Origin: Rhodothermales bacterium
GTDB lineage: Bacteria > Bacteroidota > Rhodothermia > Rhodothermales > VXPQ01
DNA: 64,000 bases
Reading direction: 5' to 3'
Assembly: GCA_040904565.1 (NCBI GenBank)
Contig: JBBDTI010000054.1
Coordinates: 1 to 64,000, forward strand
Shown: positions 47,826-57,216 of the stretch, one piece after another
Numbering within the stretch: the stretch's first letter is position 1
Layout: each line of letters opens with the position of its first letter
The notes under the pieces: generated by a model
Database searches by the model: none
What the model was told of the DNA's origin: nothing
What the model saw: only the letters and a program-made list of their open reading frames with translations
Position numbers and translations under genes: made by a program

Positions 47826-48659
47826 ATGATCAAACGCATCGCACGGTTCTGTCTCACCATCGTTTTCTTACCGGCGGTCGTCCTAGCGCAACCCGAGACG
47901 CCTGTAGAGCAGTGGTCGGGGAAGACGATCCTCTTTGTGGGCGCCCATCCGGATGACGATTCGCGATCTCACGGAACGCTGTCTATGCTCCAGGATCGCG
48001 GCAACGACGTTCACGTGTTGCTCATGACGCTCGGCAACGTCGGGACCAAGGATCCGGATCTGTCCATGATCGAGCTTGCCGAGATCCGTCGTGGAGAAGA
48101 GGTCGCCGCGCTGGCCGCACTGGGGATTCCGGAAGAAAATTACATCAACCTGGGTTACGATGACGGTCGGCTCGAATACGCCGATCGTGAGGAAGCCATC
48201 GAGCGCATCGTATATCAGATCCGTCGCCTGCAGCCGAACGTGATGATGGCGTTCGATCCGGGGCAGCAGGAGCTTCGCTGGCACAAGTCAGATCACCGTT
48301 CGGCCTCGTATCTGGCCGCCGACGCGGCGAGGGCGGCCGAGTGGCCGCTGCTCTATACGGGTCACCTCGTCAATCACGGCCTCGAAGCGCACCAGATCGA
48401 AGAATACCTTTTCTACGACACCAACGACGGAAACACGGGGGTAGACATCACGGGCTACGTCGACCGGAAGGTAGCGGCCGGTACCGAATACGTGAGCCAA
48501 TGGGGACCGGAAGGCCAGTATAAGTACTACCCCGAGCTGACCGACGAGCAGCTGGAGAACGCTCGCGAGCGGATCCGCAATAGGGTGATCCATCGAGACG
48601 GACAACCGGTAGAGGTATTTCGACACCATGCCGGCGTGCCTGATGCCATCGGCCGGTAA
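47826..48659 (+). CDS. PIG-L/LmbE family deacetylase, exported
   Basis: Motifs GAHPDDD, TLGNVG, RRGE, HKSDH, VDIT..K, plus a signal peptide. Confidence 0.9.
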   Translation: MIKRIARFCLTIVFLPAVVLAQPETPVEQWSGKTILFVGAHPDDDSRSHGTLSMLQDRGNDVHVLLMTLGNVGTKDPDLSMIELAEIRRGEEVAALAALGIPEENYINLGYDDGRLEYADREEAIERIVYQIRRLQPNVMMAFDPGQQELRWHKSDHRSASYLAADAARAAEWPLLYTGHLVNHGLEAHQIEEYLFYDTNDGNTGVDITGYVDRKVAAGTEYVSQWGPEGQYKYYPELTDEQLENARERIRNRVIHRDGQPVEVFRHHAGVPDAIGR

Positions 48660-48670
48660 TCATACGAATG

Positions 48671-49561
48671 CTACTCCATGCCCGCAATCACGCCGCGCAT
48701 GTAGGCGAACGACCGCTGCATGCCTGGGAGAGGGTCGTCGGGATGTATCTCGTATTCGAGGTTGACGCTGCCGGCGTATTGCATATCGACCAGCTGGTGG
48801 AAAATGGCCGGCACGGGCAGCTTTCCTTCTCCGACGATGCACTGGCTGTCGCGATCGGTCAGATCCTGCAGGTCTTTCATGTGCATGTCGAGCACGCGGT
48901 CGCCGGCATCGGCGATCTCCTGTACGACGTCGTTGCCCGTTCGCGCCGTATGGCCGACGTCCACGCACAGTCCGATGCGCGGGTCCATATCGCCGATGAG
49001 CCGGAGCGCGTCGCTCGGGGCGGGATAGTGCGGGTCCTCCGGTCCGTGATTGTGGATGGCCACGCTGATGTCGTACTCCTTGACGAATTGCTCGATACGA
49101 GGCAAGGTGTCCGGATGCGGCGCGATGACGAGCATGGGAATGCCCGATGCACGGGCGTATTCGAAGAACATCCGGACGTGTTCGTCCGTGTCTTCGCTGA
49201 TGGTGTTGTTGCCGCTGCTCTCGATGGTCAGGCCGGCGTCGTGAAACTCGGAGACGGCCGATCTGATCTCCGCGTCCGAGAGCTCGTACGGCAGGTGGAA
49301 CGATTTCACGCTGACGGTCGTCGCGCCGAGGGCGTTCACCATCGCGATGGCCTCTTCACGGGAGAACTCCCGGAGCGAGTACGTCGCGACGCCGAGCCGC
49401 ACGCGGTCGTCCAGGGACTCTAAGCCATGCTTGCTCGAGGGCGACGTCGTGCGGTCGGTCCAGCCAGGCAGGGCCGACAGAGAGAGTCCGAGCGTTCCAG
49501 CGGCTGCGTGTTTGAGAAAACGGCGACGTGGTGCGGCGTGGCGTCCGGTTTCGGTCTTCAT
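48671..49561 (-). CDS. Tat-exported sugar phosphate isomerase/epimerase
   Basis: Motifs RRRFLK, LGVATYSLR, AIHNHGPED, CVDVGH, HMKD, NLEYE. Confidence 0.92.
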   Translation of the reverse strand: MKTETGRHAAPRRRFLKHAAAGTLGLSLSALPGWTDRTTSPSSKHGLESLDDRVRLGVATYSLREFSREEAIAMVNALGATTVSVKSFHLPYELSDAEIRSAVSEFHDAGLTIESSGNNTISEDTDEHVRMFFEYARASGIPMLVIAPHPDTLPRIEQFVKEYDISVAIHNHGPEDPHYPAPSDALRLIGDMDPRIGLCVDVGHTARTGNDVVQEIADAGDRVLDMHMKDLQDLTDRDSQCIVGEGKLPVPAIFHQLVDMQYAGSVNLEYEIHPDDPLPGMQRSFAYMRGVIAGME

Positions 49562-49729
49562 CGTATCGTGTCGTTCGTGAGGACGCAGATCATCATTCAG
49601 TATACCAAGTCATTCCGTGGAAGTATACGAAGGACTGGCGTTCGTCGCTGAAATGAACGGCTCCATCATTGGTGCGTATTTTAGGACTCCTTTACGTCCG
49701 TCAATGCTCAAAAACCCCGTCTTGAACGC

Positions 49730-52258
49730 ATGAGAAGGTTGTGGAGGGCGCTGCCCTTTGTCCTCATCCTCTTCGTTTTGGCACCGCCCCTCGTCCGCGC
49801 ACAGTCCGATCAGGTCCCGTCTCGCGAGAGCCGGTCGTCGGTCATGACGGCGGGAGTACTGGAGGGAGACGTACAGATCGACGGACGGCTCGACGAACCG
49901 AGCTGGTCGGCTGCGGAGCGCATGGACGAATTCGTTCAGTTTGAGCCGAGGGAAGGAGACCCGCCCACGCAGCCCTCGGAGGTGCGCGTGCTGTACGGTC
50001 CGAGCAGTCTCGTCGTCGGGGCGACGCTGTTCGATGAAGATTCCGAACGCATTCAGCGTACGCTGGGGCGGCGCGACGAGTATATGCAGGCCGACTGGTT
50101 CGCGGTGTCTATCGACGCCCATCTGGATCGCCGTACGGCATTCCTTTTTGCCGTCAATGCCGCCGGCGTCGAGTATGACGCGCAGCAAACGGAGGGAGCC
50201 CGTCCGGCTCCCGGACCGGGAGACGGCGGCGATACGTCGTGGGATGCCATCTGGGATTCTGCGGTTCGCGTAACGGCCGATGGATGGGTCGTCGAGATGG
50301 AGATCCCGTACAGCATGCTCCGCTTCTCGAGGTCGGACGTGCAGACCTGGGGCATCCGTTTCTCACGCGAGATCCCGCGCCTCGGCGAGGTCTCCGAGTG
50401 GCCCCTCGTGCCGCGTACGGAACGGGCCAACCTGATCGCCCAATACGGTACGCTGCAGGGCATCCGCGGCATCGAGCCGCGGCGCAACGTGCAGATTACG
50501 CCGTACACGCTTTCGCGGCTCGACCGGGTGGAGGATCCGACGGAGTCGGGCACGGCGCTGCACGAGACGGGGGTGGACGTGGGAGGGGACCTGCGCGTGG
50601 GGCTCGGGTCGAACGTGACGCTGAACGCGACGGTAAATCCGGACTTCGGCCAGGTGGAGTCCGACCCCGCCGAGCTAAATCTCACGGCGTTCGAAACGTT
50701 TTTCGAGGAGCGACGGCCTTTTTTCGTCGAAGGGTCCCAGATCTATCAGTTTCCCCTCGTAAGTCGCGGCAATTTGCTATACACGCGGCGCATCGGGGCA
50801 CAGAATCCGATTCTCGGCGCCGCCAAGGTTTCCGGCCGCACGGGCGACGGACTTTCGTTCGGCGTACTGGGCGCGGCGACAGGTCACGAACTGATCGGCG
50901 AATCGAACCGTCACTACGGCGCGGCGAGGCTCAGCCAGCAAATCGGACGCTATTCTACCGCAGGGGGAATGGTTACCGGCTTCAACGGACTTGACGGGCG
51001 GGTGGTCGCGGGCGGGGCGGACTGGGATCTGCGCTTCGCGGATAACACCTATGGGCTGCGGGGTTTCACGGCCTTTACGAGGGGAACGGATCTTGAAACG
51101 GGCTTCACGGGACAGGTCGCCGCCGGGCGGCGCCAGGGTACGTGGACGTACGAGTTCGGCGCCGATTTTATCGACGACCGGTTCGAGCCTAACGACCTCG
51201 GCAGGCAGCGCTACAATAACACCTGGGGCGTGGTCGGACGGTTCGGGCACGACCTGAATGCCGGGCGCGACTTCGGTCCGTTTCAGCGGGCCGAGGCACG
51301 TGCGTACACGTTCAACCAGTGGTCCTACGACGAGGGCGTCAACCTGGGCGGCCGGTTCGCCGTCAATTCGGAGTGGACGCTGCGCAGCTTCGAGACCGTC
51401 TCGGTGGATGCCTCCCTCGACAATCATTTCGGCGGATACGACCAATTCGAAACGCGCGGCCTGGGATACAACGCGATCCCGATGGCCTTCGAACTCGGGG
51501 GAGCGTTTGCGACGGACTCGCGCCGCGAGTGGCGGCTCGAACCCGAGGCCGGCGTACAGTTCGAGGACGACGGCGGCATGACGTATGCCGGCGGCGTAGA
51601 TGCCGAGTGGAACGTGCGGTCGCGGCTTGGGCTCGGCGCCGAGGTTAACGTCGAGTGGGGCGACGGGACGCGAGAGTGGGCCGCCAACGAGGAATTCCGG
51701 CGCCAGGATGGCGGCTGGGCCATCCGCGAGTCGGGTGGCGTCGATCCGAGGTTCGTTCCGTTCGACGACGGCGGCCGGCTCGATGAGATTCTTGCAGGCG
51801 TGCTGACGACGGACGGCACCGACCGGTACCGCGTCCCTGTCTTCGGCGCTCGCGACACCCGTACGTTCGACCTCACGCTCCGCACGAACTACACGTTCAC
51901 GCCGGACCTGGCCCTCCAGTTCTACAGCCAGTTTTTCGTCGCGCGGGCGCGGTATGACGATTTCCGTATTCTTACCGACCCGGATACCTATGCTCGGTTC
52001 GACGCCTTCCCCAAACGTTACGAGCTCGCGCGAAGCAGCTTTCAGTTCAATGCCGTGCTCCGATGGGAGTACCGGCCGGGATCGGAGCTGTTCGCCGTGT
52101 GGACGCAGAGCCGCCGTGCCGACGACGCCCTGAACCCGCTCGGCCCGTGGGATGCTTCGCCTTACGATCGCCCCTATTCCGAGCAGATCTCCGATACGTT
52201 CGGCATCTTTCCGGGTAACGTGTTCATGCTCAAGATCAATTACGCGTTCCTGTATTGA
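49730..52258 (+). CDS. CBM9-like / DUF5916 outer-membrane protein
   Basis: Motifs IDGRLDE, WVVEMEIPYSMLRF, NPDFGQVESDP..LNLTAFETFFEERRPFFVEG, LYTRRIG, LRWEYRPGS, terminal KINYAFLY. Confidence 0.9.
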   Translation: MRRLWRALPFVLILFVLAPPLVRAQSDQVPSRESRSSVMTAGVLEGDVQIDGRLDEPSWSAAERMDEFVQFEPREGDPPTQPSEVRVLYGPSSLVVGATLFDEDSERIQRTLGRRDEYMQADWFAVSIDAHLDRRTAFLFAVNAAGVEYDAQQTEGARPAPGPGDGGDTSWDAIWDSAVRVTADGWVVEMEIPYSMLRFSRSDVQTWGIRFSREIPRLGEVSEWPLVPRTERANLIAQYGTLQGIRGIEPRRNVQITPYTLSRLDRVEDPTESGTALHETGVDVGGDLRVGLGSNVTLNATVNPDFGQVESDPAELNLTAFETFFEERRPFFVEGSQIYQFPLVSRGNLLYTRRIGAQNPILGAAKVSGRTGDGLSFGVLGAATGHELIGESNRHYGAARLSQQIGRYSTAGGMVTGFNGLDGRVVAGGADWDLRFADNTYGLRGFTAFTRGTDLETGFTGQVAAGRRQGTWTYEFGADFIDDRFEPNDLGRQRYNNTWGVVGRFGHDLNAGRDFGPFQRAEARAYTFNQWSYDEGVNLGGRFAVNSEWTLRSFETVSVDASLDNHFGGYDQFETRGLGYNAIPMAFELGGAFATDSRREWRLEPEAGVQFEDDGGMTYAGGVDAEWNVRSRLGLGAEVNVEWGDGTREWAANEEFRRQDGGWAIRESGGVDPRFVPFDDGGRLDEILAGVLTTDGTDRYRVPVFGARDTRTFDLTLRTNYTFTPDLALQFYSQFFVARARYDDFRILTDPDTYARFDAFPKRYELARSSFQFNAVLRWEYRPGSELFAVWTQSRRADDALNPLGPWDASPYDRPYSEQISDTFGIFPGNVFMLKINYAFLY

Positions 52259-52294
52259 GGTGAACTACAAGGTTCCAATCTCATTCCAACGACC

Positions 52295-52825
52295 ATGCAG
52301 ATAAGACAGCTACTCGCAGCCATGATGATTCCCGTATTCATGATGACATCCAACGCAGCCGGACAGGACGTCGAGGCACGGCTCGCCGAGCTCGGGATCG
52401 AACTCACCGCGCCCACGGCGCCCGTCGCCAACTACGTAAACGCCGTCCGTACCGGCAATCTGCTGTTCCTTTCCGGCAAGGGACCTACCCATCCCGACGG
52501 CAGTCAGATTCAGGGCAAGCTCGGCAGCGACCTGACCGTCGAAGAAGGCTATGAGGCCGCGCGCCTTACCGGCATCAATCTACTGGCGGTGCTCAAAGAC
52601 GAGCTCGGTGACCTGAATCGCGTCAACCGGATCGTCAAGGTGATGGGTATGGTCAATTCGGCGCCCGATTTCACGCAGCAGCCGGCCGTCGTCAACGGCT
52701 GCTCCGATCTGATGGTGGAGGTCTTCGGCGAGAAGGGACGCCACGCAAGGGCCGCCGTCGGGATGGGGGCGCTTCCGGGAAATATCGCCGTGGAGGTGGA
52801 CCTGGTCGTGGAGGTGGCGGACTAG
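52295..52825 (+). CDS. Rid (YjgF/YER057c/UK114) family protein with N-terminal signal-like extension
   Basis: Motifs PVANYV, LFLSG, VVNGCSDL..VFGEKGRHARAAVG..LP..VEV. Confidence 0.9.
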   Translation: MQIRQLLAAMMIPVFMMTSNAAGQDVEARLAELGIELTAPTAPVANYVNAVRTGNLLFLSGKGPTHPDGSQIQGKLGSDLTVEEGYEAARLTGINLLAVLKDELGDLNRVNRIVKVMGMVNSAPDFTQQPAVVNGCSDLMVEVFGEKGRHARAAVGMGALPGNIAVEVDLVVEVAD

Positions 52826-52900
52826 AGGCATCGATGCCCCGGCCGGCCACGCGAACGGCGAACTGATACCAGGCTCCCCGGTGATTCTCCCGAATTAGCG

Positions 52901-52964
52901 CGTCCGGCAGATACTAGGTTGTGACCTGAACGAATAACTCAGTCGACTGAGTTATTCGTTCAGG
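52901..52964. repeat. Dispersed palindromic element, copy 2 (perfect 40-bp palindrome 52925-52964)
   Basis: CCTGAACGAATAACTCAGTC|GACTGAGTTATTCGTTCAGG. Confidence 0.92.
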
Positions 52965-53069
52965 AACTCGTACAGGAACGTGTAGAGTGCCGTCAAGCCG
53001 ACGTTGGTGCCCCGGATCTGTTGACGTTCAGCCAAAGCCAGTAATTCACGTCAGCTGCGGCCCGGACGA

Positions 53070-54287
53070 CTACGCCGACGTGGCCGCGGCGTCCACATCC
53101 TCCCGAAAAAAGAAACCGAAGAGCGCCGTCACGAACGCGGCAAAGCCGAGCGGCATCAGCCAGAAGAGCTGCCATTCCTGGAGCGCCTCGCCGGTTACGA
53201 CGCGGTTGAAGACGCCCCCGGCGATGAGTGTACCCATGCCCTGTCCGATTCCGTACGTGACCAGCACGAACAGGCCCTGCGCCTGGGCGCGAATGGTTGG
53301 ATCCGCCTTCTTGTCGATATAGATCTGTCCGGCGATGTAGACGAAGCCGTAGCAGATGCCGTGCAGCGCGATCCCGATGAGGATGAACAGGGTCGGTGCT
53401 CCCATCGCGCCGGTCAGGAACAGACCGTACCGCACGACCCAGGCCGTCATGCCGATGAGGAGGACGCGCTTGACGCCGAACTTCGTGAAGAACCACGGCA
53501 TCAGGAGCAGGAAGACGATCTCGGACATCTGTCCGAACGTCATCTTGAAGGCGGGATCCGCGATGTCCGCAGCGTTCAAGAACACGGGCACGTAGGCGTA
53601 GTATGTGGCCAGGGGAATGCTCGTCAGCACCAGGCTGACGATGAAGATCGCGAACGATTTCGACCCGAGCTGCTTCAGCGCATCGATGCCGATGATTTCC
53701 CGAAACGTCGTGCGCCGGCTTGCCGCGGGTGGCGGGACGTTGGGCAGCGTGAAGCAGTAGCCGGCCATGAGGATGCCGCCCACACCGGCGATCTGCATGG
53801 GGAGGGCGGTCTCGTCGGCGTGCAGGACGTAACTCACGAGCACGCCCGCGCCGATCCACCCGATACTCCCGAACGCGCGGATCAGCGGAAACTGCTGTTC
53901 GCGATCCTCCAGGTTATGAAACGCCGTGGCCATGGCGAGTCCGACCGTGGGCATGTAGCACACCATATGCAGCAGCAGCAGTACCAGGAAAAGCGGTGTG
54001 GAGACGAAGTCGCCCTCCGCGACGAACGGGGCGGAGAAGACGAACGTACCGCTCAACAGGTGCATCACGCCCATCACCTTCTGGACCGGGAAATAGCGAT
54101 CGGCGATCATGCCCAGAAAGAAGGGGGAGACGAGCGATCCGATCGGGCTGGCCATATACGCCCAGTAAATGGCGTCGGTCATGCCCACGGCGGACATATA
54201 GTTGCCGGCCGTGGCATACCAGGCGCCCCAGACGAAGAACTGGAGGAACATCATGAGGCGCAGGCGCGCCGTCAGCCATCCGCTCAT
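53070..54287 (-). CDS. MFS transporter, nucleoside:H+ symporter (NupG/YegT) family
   Basis: Motifs LMMFLQFFVWGAW, GMIADRYF, YMPT, FPLIRAFGSIGW, MTFGQMSE, LHGICY, AQAQG. Confidence 0.93.
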   Translation of the reverse strand: MSGWLTARLRLMMFLQFFVWGAWYATAGNYMSAVGMTDAIYWAYMASPIGSLVSPFFLGMIADRYFPVQKVMGVMHLLSGTFVFSAPFVAEGDFVSTPLFLVLLLLHMVCYMPTVGLAMATAFHNLEDREQQFPLIRAFGSIGWIGAGVLVSYVLHADETALPMQIAGVGGILMAGYCFTLPNVPPPAASRRTTFREIIGIDALKQLGSKSFAIFIVSLVLTSIPLATYYAYVPVFLNAADIADPAFKMTFGQMSEIVFLLLMPWFFTKFGVKRVLLIGMTAWVVRYGLFLTGAMGAPTLFILIGIALHGICYGFVYIAGQIYIDKKADPTIRAQAQGLFVLVTYGIGQGMGTLIAGGVFNRVVTGEALQEWQLFWLMPLGFAAFVTALFGFFFREDVDAAATSA

Positions 54288-54336
54288 ACTTCGCGTGCCC
54301 TGAACCGAACTGTAAAACGGGGGAGGTCGGTCGCGA

Positions 54337-55290
54337 TCATGCGTGCACGTCCGCCGTACGCTGCACCGTCTCTTTGATGTACGCGAGCGAAAGACGCGTC
54401 GCCTCTTCGATGCCGTCCATGCCTGCGAGCTGATGACTGCGAAGGCAGGGAAGGCAGTATTCGGCGACGAGATAGCCGTCGTAGCCGAACTCCCAGAGCG
54501 CTTCGATGAAGGCTTCGTAGTTCACGCGCACCGCGATGTTCGGGGCGACATCCTGCACGGGCTCCCCGTCCTCGTCCGCGCTGAAATTCCACGAGCCGAA
54601 ATGGGTCAGGAGGATGTCGTCGCCGCACGCTTCGACGGCCTCTCGCATGTAGTCGTTGGACTGCCGCCCGTCGAACAGGGGGGCGTCGATGCAGAGGCGG
54701 ACGTTGTCCCGGTCGATCTCGTTCATCATCGCCAGGGCGTCCTCGTAGCCTGGACGCAGGACGGGCGCATGGTTCTGCAGGGCGAGCGTGATGCCCAGAT
54801 CCTCCGCCCACTCCGACACCTCGCGGATGCCCTCGATGGCCCGGTGCCAGCGCCGAAGATCCGGCCCGTACTGCTGTTTGTAGTAGTCGCCGCGTTCGTA
54901 CGGCGCGTAGAAGGACGTGTCTTCCTCGTCGTTCACGATGCCCGGCCAGGCGGCAAAAATCTTTACGAGATCCACGTCGAGGTCGTGGGCGAGGTCGAGC
55001 ACCTCGCCCATCATGGCCAGATTGTTTTCGCGGTCTTCCATCGTGCGCCCCGCGAAGTTGGACATGCTCTCGATGGCACACAGCTCGATGCCTTCGCCGT
55101 CGGCGGCGGCCCTGATGTTGTCCCGGTCCGATGCCGAAAGATCGATCGGCGAGGCGACGGGCCGCTTGGTTTCGATCGCGAGTCCGTCGAAGCCCAGCTC
55201 GCGGGCTTTTCGGATCTGTCGTTCGAGAGAGAGCGGCTCACCGTCGTACCAGAGTCCCGAGTACGATACCGAGAGGAGGCCGAATTTCAT
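54337..55290 (-). CDS. Sugar phosphate isomerase/epimerase (cytoplasmic TIM barrel)
   Basis: Start MKFGLLSVSYSG at 55290. Motifs LGFDGLAIE.K, LALQNH, CIDAP, GYDGYLVAEYC. Confidence 0.85.
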   Translation of the reverse strand: MKFGLLSVSYSGLWYDGEPLSLERQIRKARELGFDGLAIETKRPVASPIDLSASDRDNIRAAADGEGIELCAIESMSNFAGRTMEDRENNLAMMGEVLDLAHDLDVDLVKIFAAWPGIVNDEEDTSFYAPYERGDYYKQQYGPDLRRWHRAIEGIREVSEWAEDLGITLALQNHAPVLRPGYEDALAMMNEIDRDNVRLCIDAPLFDGRQSNDYMREAVEACGDDILLTHFGSWNFSADEDGEPVQDVAPNIAVRVNYEAFIEALWEFGYDGYLVAEYCLPCLRSHQLAGMDGIEEATRLSLAYIKETVQRTADVHA

Positions 55291-55434
55291 GTCCTGTACC
55301 TGGAGTTCCAGAAGTCGGTTCAAACGAGGGTGGCCGCATGCCCCATCAGTATCCAGAATGCGGGCGTAAATCACAACCTGAGGGCGCGCCCCTCTGACGG
55401 CGGCCGGCAAGAAGGATGGGCGCGCGCGCCTGGT

Positions 55435-56119
55435 TCAGCGAATGTCCGTCCGCTCGCCCATCTCGACGACGTGATATCGATTCTGCAGCGCCTGCGACAG
55501 CATCGTCTTCACCTCAAATGGGTATCCCTTCGCCCAGAAGCGGTTGGCCTCGTCGTACGCCATCGTGCCGCGATGTGCCGTCGAGCGTGATGAGATAGCC
55601 GCAGTCCAGGAGATTCGCTTCGATGTAAACGGCAGACAGTTGATCGCCGTGGATGGCGCGTATCGCGTCGACCTGAACCCGACGCACGCTGAACGACGTA
55701 CGCGGCTCGGCGATCACGAGGCGTTCCGTCGGGATGCCGAGCTCTTCGGCGATGTCAACCGTGCTGGCCGGGATGACGAAGATGCAGTCGGAATGCTCGA
55801 GCAGAATGCGCACCGTCCGCCTCCCGAAATGGTCGCCGTGTCCGTGTGTGATAAAGGCGACGTCCAGCTCGGGCGCCAGCTCCATCGCTGAAATCGGTGA
55901 AGGCTCCAGCCTACCCGGATATTCGAGAACGAGGTCGGTGCCTACGAGCAGATCTCCCGACTTGATCAACCAGCCGTTGTGTCCGGTCCACCACACGGCG
56001 GCATCACCCTCGTGGGTGCGGATCTCGTCAATGAGGCGCGGCGCATCCTGGGCGCGGAGCGATGCCGGAATCAGGAGCGCGACGGCCAGCAGTCCGACCG
56101 TTGCGAGCCGCCGCGTCAT
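55435..56119 (-). pseudogene. MBL-fold metallo-hydrolase (UlaG-like) with internal deletion and frameshift near 55575
   Basis: N-part has a signal peptide, WWTGHNGW, THGHGDH, AIHG, CGYLITLDG. The C-terminal part HRGTMAYDEANRFWAKGYPFEV..RYHVVEMGERTDIR* is in another frame (stop 55435). The intervening GD-containing segment is absent. Confidence 0.75.
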
Positions 56120-57060
56120 TCGCTCCACGATTTCACCCCCAGCAGGCGCTCGCCCAGCTCGTTCAGCTGCGCGCGGTCGTACCGGTTTTTCTCAAGATTG
56201 CGGGGGTCGCCCGGGAAGGCGACGCCCTTCGGATGCTCGCGATCGCGCCACAACCGGATGCGCTTCTGCCGCTGCTCTTCGTTGCCCTCGTCGGCCGGAT
56301 ACATGGACACGTACTGGGCGATGCGAGCGCGATCCTGGGAGCGATTCGGTTTTACGCCGTGCGCAAGTAAGGAATTCCAGATGATGAGGTCACCCGCCTC
56401 GAGCGGGATGAACTCTACGTCGAAATCGGATACGTCCGGATAGTAGGGATCGCGATCTTCCGGCTGCTGCGCCAGCCAGTCGTCGAACGTTCGAAAGAGC
56501 TCCGGCACGCACTGGAATCCGCCGACCTCGGGATCCGTATCCACCAGAGAAAGGACCCCCTGCACGTTGATCGGCAGCGGGTCTTTAGACGTATCCACGT
56601 CCCAGTGAATAAAGCCCTCAAACTGGCGCTCGCCGCGATTGGGCGTGTTGAGATTGGCCCGGTCGATGGTTACCCACAGGTCCTCGCGGTCCCAGATGTC
56701 GACGTAGGCGTCGTAGATACGCTTCGTCTGCCGGGTATCCCACAGCAGCTGGTGGTTGTAGACCTCCACCATGCCGGCGTTATTTAGTTCTTCCATGCCG
56801 TGACGGCGCCGGTCTCCGATCCACGTCGACGGATCGTCCGGGTCCATCTCCTGGAACTCCCACAGGAAAGCGATGAGCCGGTCCCTGTGATCTTTCGGAA
56901 TGGCATCTGGCACGACGACGTATCCCAACGTCTGCCAGTGCTCCCAATCGGCCTCGGAGAGCACGCGCAGCGGAAGCGACTTGTCGATCTCCCGAAGCGG
57001 CACGTCGAGCGTCAGTGATGCATTGCCTTCGTGACTTGGACCCTTCTCCACTTCCGCCAT
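56116..57060 (-). CDS. Phytanoyl-CoA dioxygenase (PhyH) family Fe(II)/2-oxoglutarate oxygenase
   Basis: Motifs GYVVVPDAI, LWVTIDR, HWD (HxD), VQGVL.L.D..GGFQCVP, AGDLIIWNSLLAHG..N..R. Start 57060 or 57108. Confidence 0.92.
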   Translation of the reverse strand: MAEVEKGPSHEGNASLTLDVPLREIDKSLPLRVLSEADWEHWQTLGYVVVPDAIPKDHRDRLIAFLWEFQEMDPDDPSTWIGDRRRHGMEELNNAGMVEVYNHQLLWDTRQTKRIYDAYVDIWDREDLWVTIDRANLNTPNRGERQFEGFIHWDVDTSKDPLPINVQGVLSLVDTDPEVGGFQCVPELFRTFDDWLAQQPEDRDPYYPDVSDFDVEFIPLEAGDLIIWNSLLAHGVKPNRSQDRARIAQYVSMYPADEGNEEQRQKRIRLWRDREHPKGVAFPGDPRNLEKNRYDRAQLNELGERLLGVKSWSE

Positions 57061-57216
57061 GGCTCGTTCCGAATGATTGTCCGACAGGTACTCATCAAAC
57101 CTTTTCACTGCGTAATATAGAACATCCGAGCGAGATGTTCGGCTCGCCCTCCCGCGAGTCCGTCGATCCGTATTTCGACTCGAACCTATACGCTGTTTTC
57201 ATTTTTCAGGCATGAC

